The notes under the pieces are model-generated. The model worked only from the letters and a program-made list of their open reading frames with translations, was not told the origin of the DNA and did no database searches. A DNA stretch of 64,000 nt, taken from NCBI GenBank assembly GCA_000320545.1, contig ADNK01001887.1, forward strand, positions 1 to 64,000. Reading direction: 5' to 3'. The stretch's first letter is position 1; the number at the start of each line of letters is the position of its first letter. A program made the position numbers and the translations under genes. This document shows, piece after piece, positions 24,407 through 38,300 of this stretch. The stretch comes from Bigelowiella natans CCMP2755 (Eukaryota; Protista; Cercozoa).

Positions 24407-25525
24407 ATGACGAACTCAGGCTCCCTGGGCACTATCATTGGGCCATCCATCCTATTCGCATTAGTCTATATGACAGTCTTCGAAATTCTGCGAGTTAGAT
24501 GGCCTCAGTTTTTTTCTCCAAGGGAGCATGGCGTCGTACACGCGGTAAGTACAACGCCTACTAACACAAGGCCACTCAAAATAAGAACCAAAGTATCTAT
24601 ACCATTGCTCCTATATTATTCAATAACGAAGAGTCTCTCACACCTATCTCAGGGTTTCTTGGAGTGGATTCCAAATACATTCTTAGTCCCCGAAGAGGAA
24701 GTAGTGCGTCGGAGCGGCATGGACGCGGCAGTGTATCTGAGAGTACAAAGCATGGCGGCATTCATAATGATGCTTCTCACGTAATAACAACTTAGAATGA
24801 GGAAGCAAAACTAAAGGAAGAATATTGCTTTGCGCGAAACTCAGATGAAGCATCATCGCTGTCCCCATTTAGGTTTTTTGGATGCGTGGTGCTAATGCCA
24901 GTCTATTACATGGGCGAAGAAGGGCTAACCGATCTGAACGAGATCTCCCTCTCCAATGTGCGGCAGCTAAGTGACTTGCTATGGGCTCCTTCAGTGATGA
25001 TGTGGGTGTTCACATCCATCTGCTTCTGCGTTATCATGACGAATTACAACGAGATTTACAAGATGAGGCTCAACGTAATGGGCAGTGGAGAGGGCCAGGA
25101 GTAAGTGAAACAGATTCTACAACTTAAAATGATGGTGATGATGATGATGATGATGATGATAATAGAGAATGCGAGGGGTTGACGATTCACCTTGTGAAAT
25201 GCCTTTATTTTACCCCCACCACCATCACCACCTCCAGAATCGATCCAGCTACTAATTTGTGACATAATCGTCCTACTACTTCTTCCTCCCAATGACGTCG
25301 TCGTCGTCGTCGTTGTCCCTGTATTAGATACTCAGTCATGATTACAAAGGTTCCCGAGCACTTTGATAGCGATGAGAAGATCCTCGACGATATCCAGAAG
25401 AAGTATCCTGGGCGTGTCGTAGCGGTGCAGACCATCCATGACGAATCCCTTCTTGAGGACATAATCGCCAGCCTCAAGCAAGAAAACCTCAATCTTCTTC
25501 GATCGCAGCAACGCAAAGTAGTAGT

Positions 25526-25566
<41 letters not shown>

Positions 25567-25993
25567 TAGTAGTAGTGTGTGATGGGAATGGATCCTGGTG
25601 AGAGAGAGAAGGGTTGGATGGAGGGGGGGAGGGGCAATTCGCATTAAACGAGTTCATAGATCAACATTTCAATCGTATTCCCGTCCCGTCAACAACCACC
25701 AGGTGAAGAATGGAGGGAGAAAGTACACAGAGAAGATAGGGCCCTTCAGTTGGGTTGGAGTAGGCAAAACAGTGGATCCTGTCGCATACCATGCAGAAAA
25801 TGTAAAGAATCTGACTGAGGAAGCAAAGAAGGTGATCATATTAATGATGATGCTTATGAGGATGATGATGATGACGATGACGATGATGATGATGAGCTTC
25901 TGGTTCTCCAAGGACGGGGAAAAGGGGGGGGGGGGGGACGAATGACTAAATTGGAGTTTGAAGGAGCAGGAGGATCAGAAAATATCGTAATCT

Positions 25994-26025
<32 letters not shown>

Positions 26026-26269
26026 TATCATCGCTTATATATCTCTATCTCTCCTTCTGCTTTGGCATCATCATGTAGTCACAATCTTGTAAGGGACCAT
26101 TCGTTGGCGTGGCTTTCGTGATGTTCGACAGCATCGCTACGGCTACAAAGGCGGGCAGCACGCCTCTGTCTGATAATCCGGATGCATGGATCGTGCAACC
26201 AGCGCCCAAACCCACCGATATCATATGGGAAAATGTCATCAAAATACCGTCGGCGAGGTAGGCACAGTA

Positions 26270-26321
<52 letters not shown>

Positions 26322-28017
26322 GTGTGTGTGTGTGTGTGTGCGTGAATGTAAAATCTTTCACGGGTTTGCCATTATTCTAGTGTGAAGGCTATGCTTGACT
26401 TGACGAAATCATCGGCGCTGTTTACGATCTGCATCTTCTGGTCGATTCCGGTGGCATTCGTCAATGCGTTCTCGAACTTGCATACGCTGGCAGATCAGTA
26501 TCCTTGGCTTGCATTCGTACGTCATGCCGATCCATTCTGGCAGTCAGTCATCACTGGCCTATTACCCGGGTAGTAGAAGTAGCAATAGTAGCAATACTAC
26601 TAGTAGTTTTGGTAGAGGTAGTAGTAGTTGTTGTTGTTCTAGTAGTAGCATAGTGGCTTCATATGCCGAGGAATGATTTAATTATTGAGAACAAATTGGT
26701 GTGTGCGCGTGCTTGTGTGCGTGTGCGTGCGTGCGTGCGTGCGTGTGAGTGCGTGCGTGCGTGTGAGTGCGTGCGTGTGAGTGGCAGAGTCGTAGAACAA
26801 AATCATGAGAGTTTCATAAGTTACAGTTGTGATAACAATTTAGTTTGTGTAGGGGGGATATTGCATGGAACATGCTGCGCCTCCTCATCAATTCTACAAT
26901 TTATGACAGGTTACTGCTCGTGCTGCTGATGCTCCTGCTCTATCCTATTCTATGGTACTTCAACAAATCGACGGGCATACTAACGTACAGCGAGCTTCAC
27001 TACCAGTTTATGCGGGACTACTTCTTCTTCCTGCTCATCGATGTCTTCTTTATCACGCTTCTCTCCAGCTCCATTTTGGACACGATAAATGAAATCATCG
27101 ACCACCCAAAGTCGCTCTTTTCGCTGCTCGGCAGTTCCGTCCCCGCCGTTGCGATCATTGAAATTGGCTACATCCTGATCCAGGGCCTGATGGTAGAGAC
27201 CGAACGCATCGTACGCGTATTCTTCCTCCTCTATGCCTTTGTGTTCCACACAACTTCTACGACTGAGGTAGAGCAGGAACAGGCCAGCAAACCAGAGGAA
27301 TTTGCCTATGGGGGAAACCTAGCCTTCTCCTCCCTCATTTTCACTATCTGCTTCTGCTACTCTACCATCGCGCCTCTGATCCTTCCGTTTGGGCTGCTGT
27401 ATTTCTCCCTCAACTACATCATTAAAAAGTACAAGCTGCTCTACGTCCACGAGCTACCGTTCGAGACTTATGGACGATTCTTCCCCAAGGTAGCCGACTT
27501 CATGTTCACGGGGATGATCATTGGGCAGGTTGCGCTGATGGGCGTGATTGGGTTGAAGTTCGGCTACTGGCAGCAGCTGATTCTATGGCCGCTTCCCATC
27601 TTCACTTATCTCCTATCGAAGTATCTTCACAGCTACTATGGCAACGAGCTTTCTAACACGCGATTGCCGCTCAGTATAGCTGCAGGTAAGGATGCGCGCC
27701 GCTCGGAGGAACGCGTACGCAAGTACCTGCGCGAGTGGTGTGAGAGTGATTCGTGGCGACAGCCAGCTGTTTCCGTCGATATCTCCTCTCCTCTCAGGTC
27801 CCCGAGAGGTCCTCCCAAATGGGAGTCAAACCGTGATCCCTTGGAGATCAAGCTAGGGGGGAGGGCGGATGATGATGATTCCAAGGATGAGCATGGCTTC
27901 TCATCTACTTTCTCCATCATGAAGAGAAACAAGAAGGGCGATATTGTAAACGAGCACGCACCTCTTCTCAATGCTAGAGATACACGCCCAGCGGTCATAT
28001 TTGAAGAAAAATTGTGA
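24407..28017 (+). CDS. OSCA/CSC1/TMEM63 (ERD4-like) mechanosensitive, stress-gated cation channel
   Basis: Eight exons. Motifs: FEILRVRWPQFFSPR, FLEWIP..EEEVVRRSGMDAAVYLR, LSNV..LLWAP, YSVMITKVP, GVAFVMF..AW.VQPAPKPTDIIWEN, FWSIPVAFV, and YSTIAPLILPFGLLYFSLNYIIKKYKLLYV..FETYGRFFP. Confidence 0.95.
26272..26340. repeat. (AT)n(GT)n microsatellite in an OSCA intron; similar arrays at about 4613-4685 and 35087-35160
   Basis: Directly visible. Confidence 0.95.
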
Positions 28018-28545
28018 GGAGTTCGCATTTATTATCAATTTAGTCACTTAATGTAATTATTCTTAGATAATCTAGAGTATGCCCCACGAGCAGAATATTT
28101 AGCATGTGCTTTTTGGTGTCAATGTAATAAATATTTATAAACATCATGTATGTATGAATATGACATGTTAACATTTCAAATACCAGTAAAATACAAATTA
28201 AATGGACTTTGCTAATAATAGCACACGTTCTGATCGGCTGAGGCCATTATGGACATTATACATTTGGCATAAATGCAGGCAAGCGCAATGGTGCGTCATG
28301 CGGCTAATGCTTACAGCTTGCTTGCTTGTACGACGTACGCTGTATATATACAACGCATAGCCGCTCTGATCGATGCGCACTAGTCGCTCTGTCATAGTAC
28401 ACGCACATACACATCGATGTTAACACATGTACGACAGCAAACTAGCTATAGCTAGTCTCGAACGTTCTAGAAAACCATGCTAGCTAGCTATAGCATGCCC
28501 GCGCGCTGTTACATCTACGTGCCTAAGGTAGTGTGTGTACAGCAA

Positions 28546-28587
<42 letters not shown>

Positions 28588-28732
28588 GTGTGTGTGTGTG
28601 TCGTGTGCTCGCGCATAACGCAGCGCATGCACGTGCAGTATGCAGTACGACTATCATCAATTTAGTCAATATTCATATCATTCCGTGCTTTCTGTTGATA
28701 CGATGAAATGTGAACTCATCGCATCACCATTA

Positions 28733-29334
28733 TCATTTTGCTTTGTTCTCAGCCTCATCGGCTTTTTGGATTGCTGTCGTGTAATAGGTCCCGTAGTACT
28801 CCGAGTAGTACTCCGAGTAATACACAGAATAGTAGAGCTGGTAGTACCTGGTGAAAGGAAGCATGATCATAATGCTGAAGTCATATTAACGACGAGGACT
28901 AGAGGATGCTCTAAAGATGACCCAACGTGTATATATACGATCTCTCTCAATTCTCACTGCAAAGATTAAGTTTAGAGCAAAAATGCATGCTTGCATGGCG
29001 ATGTGTGTATTATTTTACATGTTTTCTGGTGACATCGAGCATTTAGAACATTGGCGTCCTTCCCAGTAGCACACCTTCCGGATAAAGCACCATCATCATC
29101 ATCATCATCATCCTTCACCACCATGACGTCACCATCATCATCATCATCATCATCATCATCGTCATCGTTATAACCAAGATCACGGGAAGAATGTCGAAAT
29201 ATTCACGTCAAAAACCCACCTGGCACATGGCAGCCGCGGCAGGGCGACTAGCTTGGTGGTGGTATGTGAGCGTATGCGTTAGAGTCGGCACGATGGCCTG
29301 CGTGAGTGAGCGTGAAAGCCGAGCTGTCACTCCT

Positions 29335-29368
<34 letters not shown>

Positions 29369-30272
29369 CCGCGACGATGGCGACAACAATATCATCATCA
29401 TCACCATGTCAATCAAATCGATTCTTCTTCTTCTTCTTCTTCTTCTTCTTCTTCTTCCACATCTCTCAAAGGAATCGAGCGAGAGATGACGGTTGCTGTA
29501 TCTATCTATACTCTATCTACAGCTCCTAGTCACTCACTGCTACTTCATTCACCACCTATAGAAATAGTCCTTGCAAGTGTTGTACCAAGATGTGTTCCTG
29601 AGGAGGAAAAATGACTCAGCCCCACAGGAGGTGTCGCATCATCATCAACCTACCTTTTGCTATACATGATGCATATTTGATGCTCTACTCTGCGATGACA
29701 ACAGAGCATCATAAAGACTGGATTCGACTACTGGTGGTGGTGGTGATGATGATGATGATGATGATGTTACCAAGATCCCTGGAGATACGATTCGTTAGGA
29801 TTGGCGACAACGAACGCGATAACGGCTCAATAATGTCCCTCTGATTTTGATAGAATCGATGGCCACGATGATATGATTATGAAGGCGATGGAACGTCAAA
29901 GAAATAGCGCAAAAAAGAGTTGTTCTTTGCTAAGCAAGTTACGAAACTCTGCTTCAAAATTCAAAAGTCACGCTATGAAATTGAATGACAAGTGATAAGA
30001 CAAAAAAGGCATGGGTAGGATGTAACTAGATGAAGTAAGCACAACGCACCGCGATATTCTCGGTGAGGTTCTTTTGGATCGATTTGGTGAGTTGTTTCGA
30101 TAAGGGCTTGTAGATCAACTTTGGTAATTTCTGCTCAGCGATAACATAAAACAAGTTTAACATCATCAAGGAGAACAAAATCACAGTGTCACACCGAGAC
30201 CAAGTAATTGTAATGCTGCCTGTGTCAAAATCGAGCGATTCCTCTATGCGCCTTCCCCCTCCTTTCTCTTTC

Positions 30273-30310
<38 letters not shown>

Positions 30311-32339
30311 TTTTTCTAGCAGTTGTCGCAGTACCTTCTTGATGTCTTTGGTGATTTTCGGCATTATGTGAGCTGCAATAGCTTGTGCGGAATCGTTGCC
30401 GATCTGAACATCAACGACATGGACAACAAAGACAAGAAAATGCACCAATAGTCTTGAGTCTGATGGCCATAAATGCGCCACTATCACGCATAAAACGTAT
30501 GCTTCAATTACGCTGGAAGAGAGACTCAAATCAATCCCTCCTCCACCGCAAGTTGCCGTTTTATCGAAACGAGTACAGGCAAAATGCTGATGACAACAAC
30601 TGCCACTGCTACGACGACTACCACAACCCAGCGAAGTGAGTGAAGAACACAAGAACTGTGATTTCGATGAAAGGAAGTTGTAAACTGCTAATGCTTACTA
30701 CCTCTGCTATCCCAGCTCCGGTTATATAGTCAATGAATGTCCGAAGCATATCCGTCGCCCAGAAATTCAATATCTAACCGGGTGGAGGGGGTGAGGGGGG
30801 ATGATTTAGTGTCACCACATCACCACTTAGCTGGCTTTCGCGTGAAAACTAACTAAATGAGTAACATTATTGATTCTTGCTGTTTGTAGTGTTGTTACCA
30901 CGTCCGTCGCGGCACAGACGATAGGAGGATCAGCCCACAGAAAGATTGGATCTCGCAAAAGCGTAGATAATCCGCTCTCACTCTCCAGAAAGCTACTTCT
31001 CGAGGAAGAAGAAGGACCCGTTTTCTTTCGGTATTTGTGCTTCTTCTGGGCCTCTTCTTCTTCTTCCTCCTTATTAGAAGCTATGTTCCAAGAATACGAA
31101 TCTGCTGTCGACCGTTTCTCCCCTTGTAAAGTCAAAATCTCACTTTCGGGGTGTGACTCGCTCAGTTTAGTAATTTTCAGGCTGGAATCCCTGGAAGTCT
31201 TGCTAATTGCATGGGAGCTGGCTGCTCCGTTATGGCGTCGTTGTTGCCGACTAAGGGCTGATGTTTGACTGAGAAAAAGAGTGCACGAACCTGCCTCGAG
31301 TGAGACGCGGAGCCGCTGCATATCTATTATTGTATCGTTGCTACTACTACTACTACTGCTACTACTACTACTACTACTACTCGGATCTCTTCTACTGCTG
31401 GGTTTGTTAATGTTGTTGCTGCTGCTTCTTCTTCTCTCGTAGCTATTATCATCCACATCGTGTTGATTGGAGGAGCCTTCTTCATCAGAGGAACAATCCT
31501 TCCCGATGCTAGCTAGAACGAGTCGGATATCGCTGCTCCTACTACTGCTTCTACCCCGAAAGGCAAAATTGTCGCCACCATCTAGGTTATGCTTCCGTTG
31601 ATCTTCGGAGTTGTGAAGGCTGCCGGGTGCGGATTGGTGAAATCTTTTTGCTACTACTGCATGCAGCCAGGTTGGATACAACTGGCGAGGGTGATGGTAG
31701 ACTTGATGATGTGGAGGATTAATCAAAGTCCACGAACAACCCCTTCTCTGCTGCTCTGATAACAATACTGACGGTCTTTGTAGAGGTATTTCCCTGTGAC
31801 CATCTGGGAAAATAGCATCAAATTTGCATTTTTACACCGATGTTGAGGTACAAGTTTGCATTCACTTAACTGGGCATAAGTGCATATCCATGTGCAAAGA
31901 ATTTTTACCGCATTCTAGCCTCCAGCCTTCCATCGTTGCGTTTCCATCGTCTCTTCCACGAGTACTACTCTTGCTCTCATCTAGGGCGCGAAAATGCTCA
32001 CTCATACCCCTCACCGCGCTTAAAGCCGATGTAGTGTTTGGGAACATTACATCGAACACTGCTACTCTCGACACCACCCTATCACTCTGAGAAGTTGAAG
32101 GAGGAAGAGGAGGAAGAGGAGGAGGACGAAGAGGAATTAAGTCCGAAGTGTGCACAAAAACAGTGGCGATGTTTATTAGAAATTAAGATGACCGATCGTA
32201 TTTTCCACCATCGATATTTAGCTTCCAATGCTCCACTGCCGTACTCCTCCTGTTCCACAGTTGTTAATGGCGCGGCTGCAAAAAGTCCCACACCCACCAG
32301 GGAGAGAAGAGCGCGGAAGCCATCGCTCTTCGGGCCCAT
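28733..32339 (-). CDS. Secreted hypothetical protein with amphipathic Leu/Thr/Ser helices, CxxC-x5-CxxC and a Tyr-rich C-terminus
   Basis: Signal-like start MGPKSDGFRALLSLVGVGLFAAAP. Phase-compatible 3' exons give ...RLSRSLTQAIVPTLTHTLTYHHQASRPAAAAMCQ-VCYWEGRQCSKCSMSPENM-YYQLYYSVYYSEYYSEYYGTYYTTAIQKADEAENKAK*. Confidence 0.75.
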
Positions 32340-32855
32340 TGATCTCGGTGAAGCAGTGGATTTGAAAATTTGAACACTGAATTTGTACAAATTTGGATGA
32401 TTGGCATTGCGACAAGCTTTTGAAATGAATCCTTTGCATTTCAAGACTGCGACAACCTTCACAACCCTAAAACATCAAAATGCTACGGCTGCAGCCAATC
32501 TCCACCACGAATTTCTTCGCAAATTTTGATAAAATAGTAGTCATTTTCATACCTGCGACAATGTCACAAGATATGTCTCAGCAGTCGAAGGGAACGTCTC
32601 TAATTGTTCACGTAGCCGGTGTCTCGATCACGTTGTCTGGTTCAATCCTAGGCCAGTAGGGTCAGTCCAATATGGTCAGAAATTTGAGCTGTATTTGACG
32701 TAAATATATCGATATTTTCTTTTTTTTGAGAGTCAAATTAGCGGTTTGCTTCTGTACACTATCCTCCTGTCTTCGATATTTTTCGTGAAAATATTGGATT
32801 ACGTCGTTCACGTTCCCCGAATTACCCGTCCCCTCTGCCCACTCAATAAGACAGA

Positions 32856-34276
32856 ATGATGAGAAAGGGCAGCAGCCTTTCGTTCCTAGCAACCATTGTG
32901 GTTGTTGCTTGCATCTGTAGTCTCGTCGTCGTTATCTGTGGCCAGCGCGACACCTCTCCCCGTGTTGGCACTTCTCTCATCAGGGCAAATGGCCTCCGGT
33001 ATCGATTCTTTTTCTACCGTATTCTAGAGTTACCCCCCTTCACACCTGGGCACGTGATCAACATCTTTGAATGTCATCTTACTGTTCATTGTATAAAGAG
33101 AAAACACAGTCTACTGGCAACAGTCCTTGATCGTTTGTGTGTATGAACTTTGCCATTTCTCAACCAACTAGCCAAAACCCGTGCACGACAGCACCACGAT
33201 TCCAGAGCCTGAACTTTGCTACACCTCGGGGGGTGTTCCATCCTCGCGCCAGCATGGACGACGAGAATAGGGAGGCATACAAACAGGTTGTGGAAAAATG
33301 TTAACACGACGATATTCGACTTCTGCTGCAGCGCCCTCTGTACGGCTGTGGCACGCGAACCTCCACTACTGACAATTTAACCATATCCACCACCAATTCT
33401 CATCCTGCACGTTGAAACCGTTGCTTGATCCGACTGTTGGTCCTAAATGGAACTACTATATGCTGACAGGTTGTCATGGAGTACGTCAAGGATGGGATTG
33501 CGTCTGAGTCGGTTGGCGCTTGGCGCAACGACATTAACGAGATGCTCTACCGGTAACTAGCACCATATTACAGCGGTTTAATTCGGACGATGGCTAGCCT
33601 CTTTTCCAACATGTTTACGAATTACCATTATATATAGTCTGGAGCCACTGAATCCTACTGAAGAGCCAGCCTACTCCAAATTGCTTCAGGGTAAACTACT
33701 TGCAGCTCAAATATCGGTGCTGCTGTATGAACATAGAATTAGCACAGACCTGGGATTTGCGACTGCGGGCACATCTAATAGTAGTAACGTGGGCATATTT
33801 TGAGACAAAATTTGTGTGTGTTGCATTTCCCCTCCTCCCTCCTTCACTCTCATGCCCACCGCTGCCCTTGCGAACTTAATGTTGTTAGGCGAGTGGGAGT
33901 TCAAGTTTGCTGGAAGCATGGGACAGGGTAACATACAGGGCGATGATGATCATAATAGGCGACTTAGAATCTTGAACAGAGCTTTTTATCGTCGTCATCG
34001 TTCTGCTTCTGAAACAACTGTTTGGTGAAGGACTTACACTGCTTTATGATACTGAGTGCCATTTCTTCGTTTCTAGGAATTCTTGCCTCTCCGACCCGAG
34101 AAATTGCTCTCTTACTGTAAGATAAAATGGGTGGGGGAGGGACCAGAGTGAGGGGAAGATATTGAAAGAGAGAACTAGATGTGTCAATCGTAGCAAGCAT
34201 CAACATACGTATGTGTTGCTGTACACTAATAAAAACAGAGAACGATGTATCCTATGCACACACAAACACACACAAT

Positions 34277-34315
<39 letters not shown>

Positions 34316-35091
34316 CTAAATACTTTTCCTTCTCCTCTTTACCTCTTCAAATAGCTACGCTGGGGGATATACGCCTGGTCGATTCGGGCTCGATGTTGCT
34401 AGTAGACTGCCAAATGTCGATAACACACCAACCATCCATCACACTTACAATTTCGTCTCCATCATCCTCCTTCATGAGATGTGAGACAAATACGATTGGA
34501 ATCATGGATATTTGCTATTTTGTTGTTTCTTCATCTTCATCTTCTTCATCTTCTTCTTCTTCCTTTTCCCCAGTGCCTGTTTCCCAACGACGCCTATGAT
34601 ATATGACCAGAGCATGTGTGTTGATACTATAGAATGTGATTGACGTCAAGTCCGTCACCTTGAGCGTCACTGACCGTGCTCCTACTGGAAAGATCACGGC
34701 CAAGCTCGGACTCCCAGGTGGTGGCGATGACAGCACGCATAAATAACACATTTCACATCACATCGTTGGGGTTTGTATCATTGTAAAACAAAAGAGGGAC
34801 ACCAGGTCATGCGACATCGGCATCGATTCTGCTGGAGATCATCGGCTTGTTCATCGATGAAACAATAATCCCTCCGGGGAAAATCTGCATATGTTATTAT
34901 CGTTGTTGTTGGTGTCGTATGTATTAATGAAAAAACTCCTCCTCCTCCTCCTCCTCCTCCTCCTCCTCCACCCCCCTCGGTTGTTACTACTATTTTTGCC
35001 ATCAAAGGTAATCGGGAGGTAGAGCTAGGATTGACTACAAATCTTGAGCCAGAAAGCGATTTCACAATGTCGGAAACTTATCAGGTATATA

Positions 35092-35143
<52 letters not shown>

Positions 35144-35761
35144 GTGTGTGTGTGTGTGTGTAAGGGGAAAAGGGGCAGTGATCGATGAGCAGAATACCAT
35201 AAACTACATGCATAAAATATGCACCACCAATTCACTCCCTTTCAATATTCTGATCATCATCGTCATCATTATCATCATCATCATCCTCCTCCTCCTCAGG
35301 GCCTGAGTGCGGTAGGCCGCTCCTTTGAGCTTCCGAGCCAGCTGCAGAGCAAGCGTCGTTTTTACATTCGCTACCTTGATGATGATCTAATGGTGGTGAG
35401 GGACGACACAGGAGTAGCTGGTAGTACTGACTAGTATTGTAATAGCATGGCCAGATATCACAACCAGTATTTGGACTTACCACTTAACTGTGCCTTATTT
35501 CTCACTTCGACTTCTCGCTTTTACTTTCAATCCTTCCTTTCTCCTTCCAACCTTTTCATCCTCCTCCTCCTCCTCCTTCACTTCCTCTTTGCGCGTGTAG
35601 ACGTCCTTGTGAAGAAGCCCATTGAGACGATACCGGTTGAGCCAGCAGACGCTGCTGCAACAACCCCAGAGGAACCGGCCAAGGACACGATGATGACTTT
35701 TGACACGGAGGCGACAGCAGCAGCCTCAACGGACAAGAAGGAGGAGGAGGGTAGTGAATAA
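32856..35761 (+). CDS. Plastid lipid-associated protein / fibrillin (PAP_fibrillin), bipartite plastid targeting leader
   Basis: Signal peptide MMRKGSSLSFLATIVVVACICSLVVVIC, then a transit-like region ending PRGVFHPRA. Core motifs INEMLYRLEPLNPTEEPAYSKLLQGEWEFKF and YIRYLDDDLMVVRDDTG..DVLVK are typical of fibrillins. Confidence 0.9.
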
Positions 35762-36900
35762 GCTGCGAGAAAGAATAAGCACCGTACCCGACGATGCTAC
35801 TCCAAAAGGAAAACGAAGCAAAAACTCTACTTCGATATCGAGCCGTTGCTTGAGCATTATTGTTGACATTTATATGCTTCATCCGCTGCAGCAGTCGAAT
35901 CCTGCCCTCACGACATACTTGCTTACATGCACTAGGGGTGGGTATTTAACCGGCGGATGGCAGTAGCATTTTGTTACTTTCGTTAGTAGCTCTTGATTGC
36001 CTACCTTCCCTTCGATGTACGTATCGTAGCAACTGCCCTGCAAGTATGTGCATGACTAAAATGTAATTACGACATAAATAACAAAGCTTTGAATCATTAT
36101 AATATTAAGGCAGCTAAGAGACTATCCTAATGCAACTTGTGCAAGGCCCATTCTTGCTTTAAGCACAGCGTGCATGGCTATTCATGCTAGCATGTAGCTA
36201 AGATTTACACTTTTGTGATCTTGCAATCCGACACTGTCTAGATGTTGGCGAGCCGCGCGGCTATAATGCATTGCTATGCTTGCGCTATCATCGGATCATA
36301 AAATAAAAATATGTGTCCATCGTACATGCATATATAGACATGGCTAGATGGGCCCATGAAAATTTGCATGTTTTGCTTTTGAGCGCAAACTATAGTATTC
36401 TCTGTGTATATACATACTTATAGACGAACGCATAATCCATGTCGCAATCAGACTGGCATACCTAGACATATTTGGTTTCTTATGTTATAAATGACATTCA
36501 GCAGCGTTCTCAAACTACCATGCTGTGCCAGATATATATATGCTACCAGATGACACCATACAGCTGGCCACGCACATATTGCTACAAACTTTTTGTTGTT
36601 TTTCCTCTAATGAGATACCTGCTTATTTTCTCTACGGGTATATTACTACTGCTACTGCTAAATTACATGAGGTAAGTTTTAAGGGATGATGAGGGAAGGT
36701 TGGGGGAGGGGGGGGAGACGGGGAGGAGGCGTATGGGAATAGTGTTGTTGTAGTTGTTGTAGTAGTAGTAGTTGTTGTTGAAATGAACAGCTCTTGGCGG
36801 CCATTATCGTATGCTAATTCAGTGGTAATGGGAATCATCCTCCTCCACCTCCTCATCATCCTCCTCCTTTCTTGGAACTATAACGTGCTCCTTTTTTTCC

Positions 36901-37343
36901 CTAGGGATTGTTACCGGGAGGAGGAGGAGGAGGAGGAGGGGGAGTTGCAGGTGCAGCATGTGCGGCTGGGGCTGCGGGAGCGGTACCAGCAGCACCAGGC
37001 ACAGGAGGGACTGGAGGAGGTGTCGCACCAACCTGTACAGAGTATCATCGTATGAACATCAATCATCATCAAGAAGAAGAAGAAGAAGAAGGAGAAGAAA
37101 TCGCTCTTTTCTTAATAGGGATGAGAATAAGAAACAGATTCAAGGGGGATGGGTGGGAGGAATGAAATAAGCCGGGGGGGAGGGGGGGGGTGGGGGGGAA
37201 AGGCCACCGTGGGGTTGGGCGTAGGCTGCGGCGTTGGCTTCTGGAACGGATTCGTGGCTGATGATGATGCGAAAGAAGAGAGGAAGTGAGTTTGTTAAAA
37301 TAATGGGACTTCAATGATGCAGCATAACATGATTGGTGTAGTT

Positions 37344-37384
<41 letters not shown>

Positions 37385-37625
37385 CTTTTGCTGTCCTTCT
37401 CCCCCTTGCCCCTCCCCTTCCTCCTCCTCCTCCTCGTCGATCAACATGGTATGGTTATCATTATGTATACACAGGCGGAGTAGAAGTAGTAGTAGGAGTA
37501 CCCGATGCAATTCCATGACAACAAGGAATGGGGTTTTGCGTGCAGCATCCACCAGGTATGGAGCAACAGCTGTCGAGTTGTAAATATAAATATATATATT
37601 CGTTACATGTGATGATGTGCTTGGC

Positions 37626-37658
<33 letters not shown>

Positions 37659-38258
37659 CATACAAACACGCAGTTGGCACCACCAAACGACTCGGTAACA
37701 TAGCGACGACAACAAAAAAAAGATGCTGCTATGAAGGGATGATACGCGTTAAGTAAGCTAATCTAATGTGTGTGTGCAGGTGTATTGCTGTTGTTGATTA
37801 AATAATCACCTCCAAGGCGCCCCGTGGAAGTCGATCGAGCATAACGGCGCACTGCAGCATATCACATGACGCACATTCACGTTCTCAGCACACCATAAAC
37901 AGGGAACAGCTGCTTGCGTGCAGTGAAAGCAGTCACCCCAACTAGCTACAAGCTCCTACTTGACTACAATTGTTGGCCCTTGAGCTGCTATTTTTTTGCT
38001 GCTGTCCTTGCTGTTGTTACTATTAATATATTGTGTTTTATACTACCCCTGGCACTGCCAGCTTGCAGCGTTGAGCTTATCTTTCGGAGCGGGTATCTTG
38101 TCGCCGCCAGGCTGTGTCGCGGCGAACCTAATGATGATGAAGCAAACAAACACAACAACCGTTAGATTTCAAGTAGTTGGTTGGTTCGGAATCAGCGGGG
38201 ATAGCAAGAGCAGGAGAGGGAGGAGGAAGAAGACTGAATGAGGGGAGGAAGAAGAAAT

Positions 38259-38300
<42 letters not shown>

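Noticed and set aside
33332-33339. 8-nt microexon in fibrillin
   Set aside because: It breaks the frame, whereas exon 33172-33286 joins the flanking exons in phase without it.
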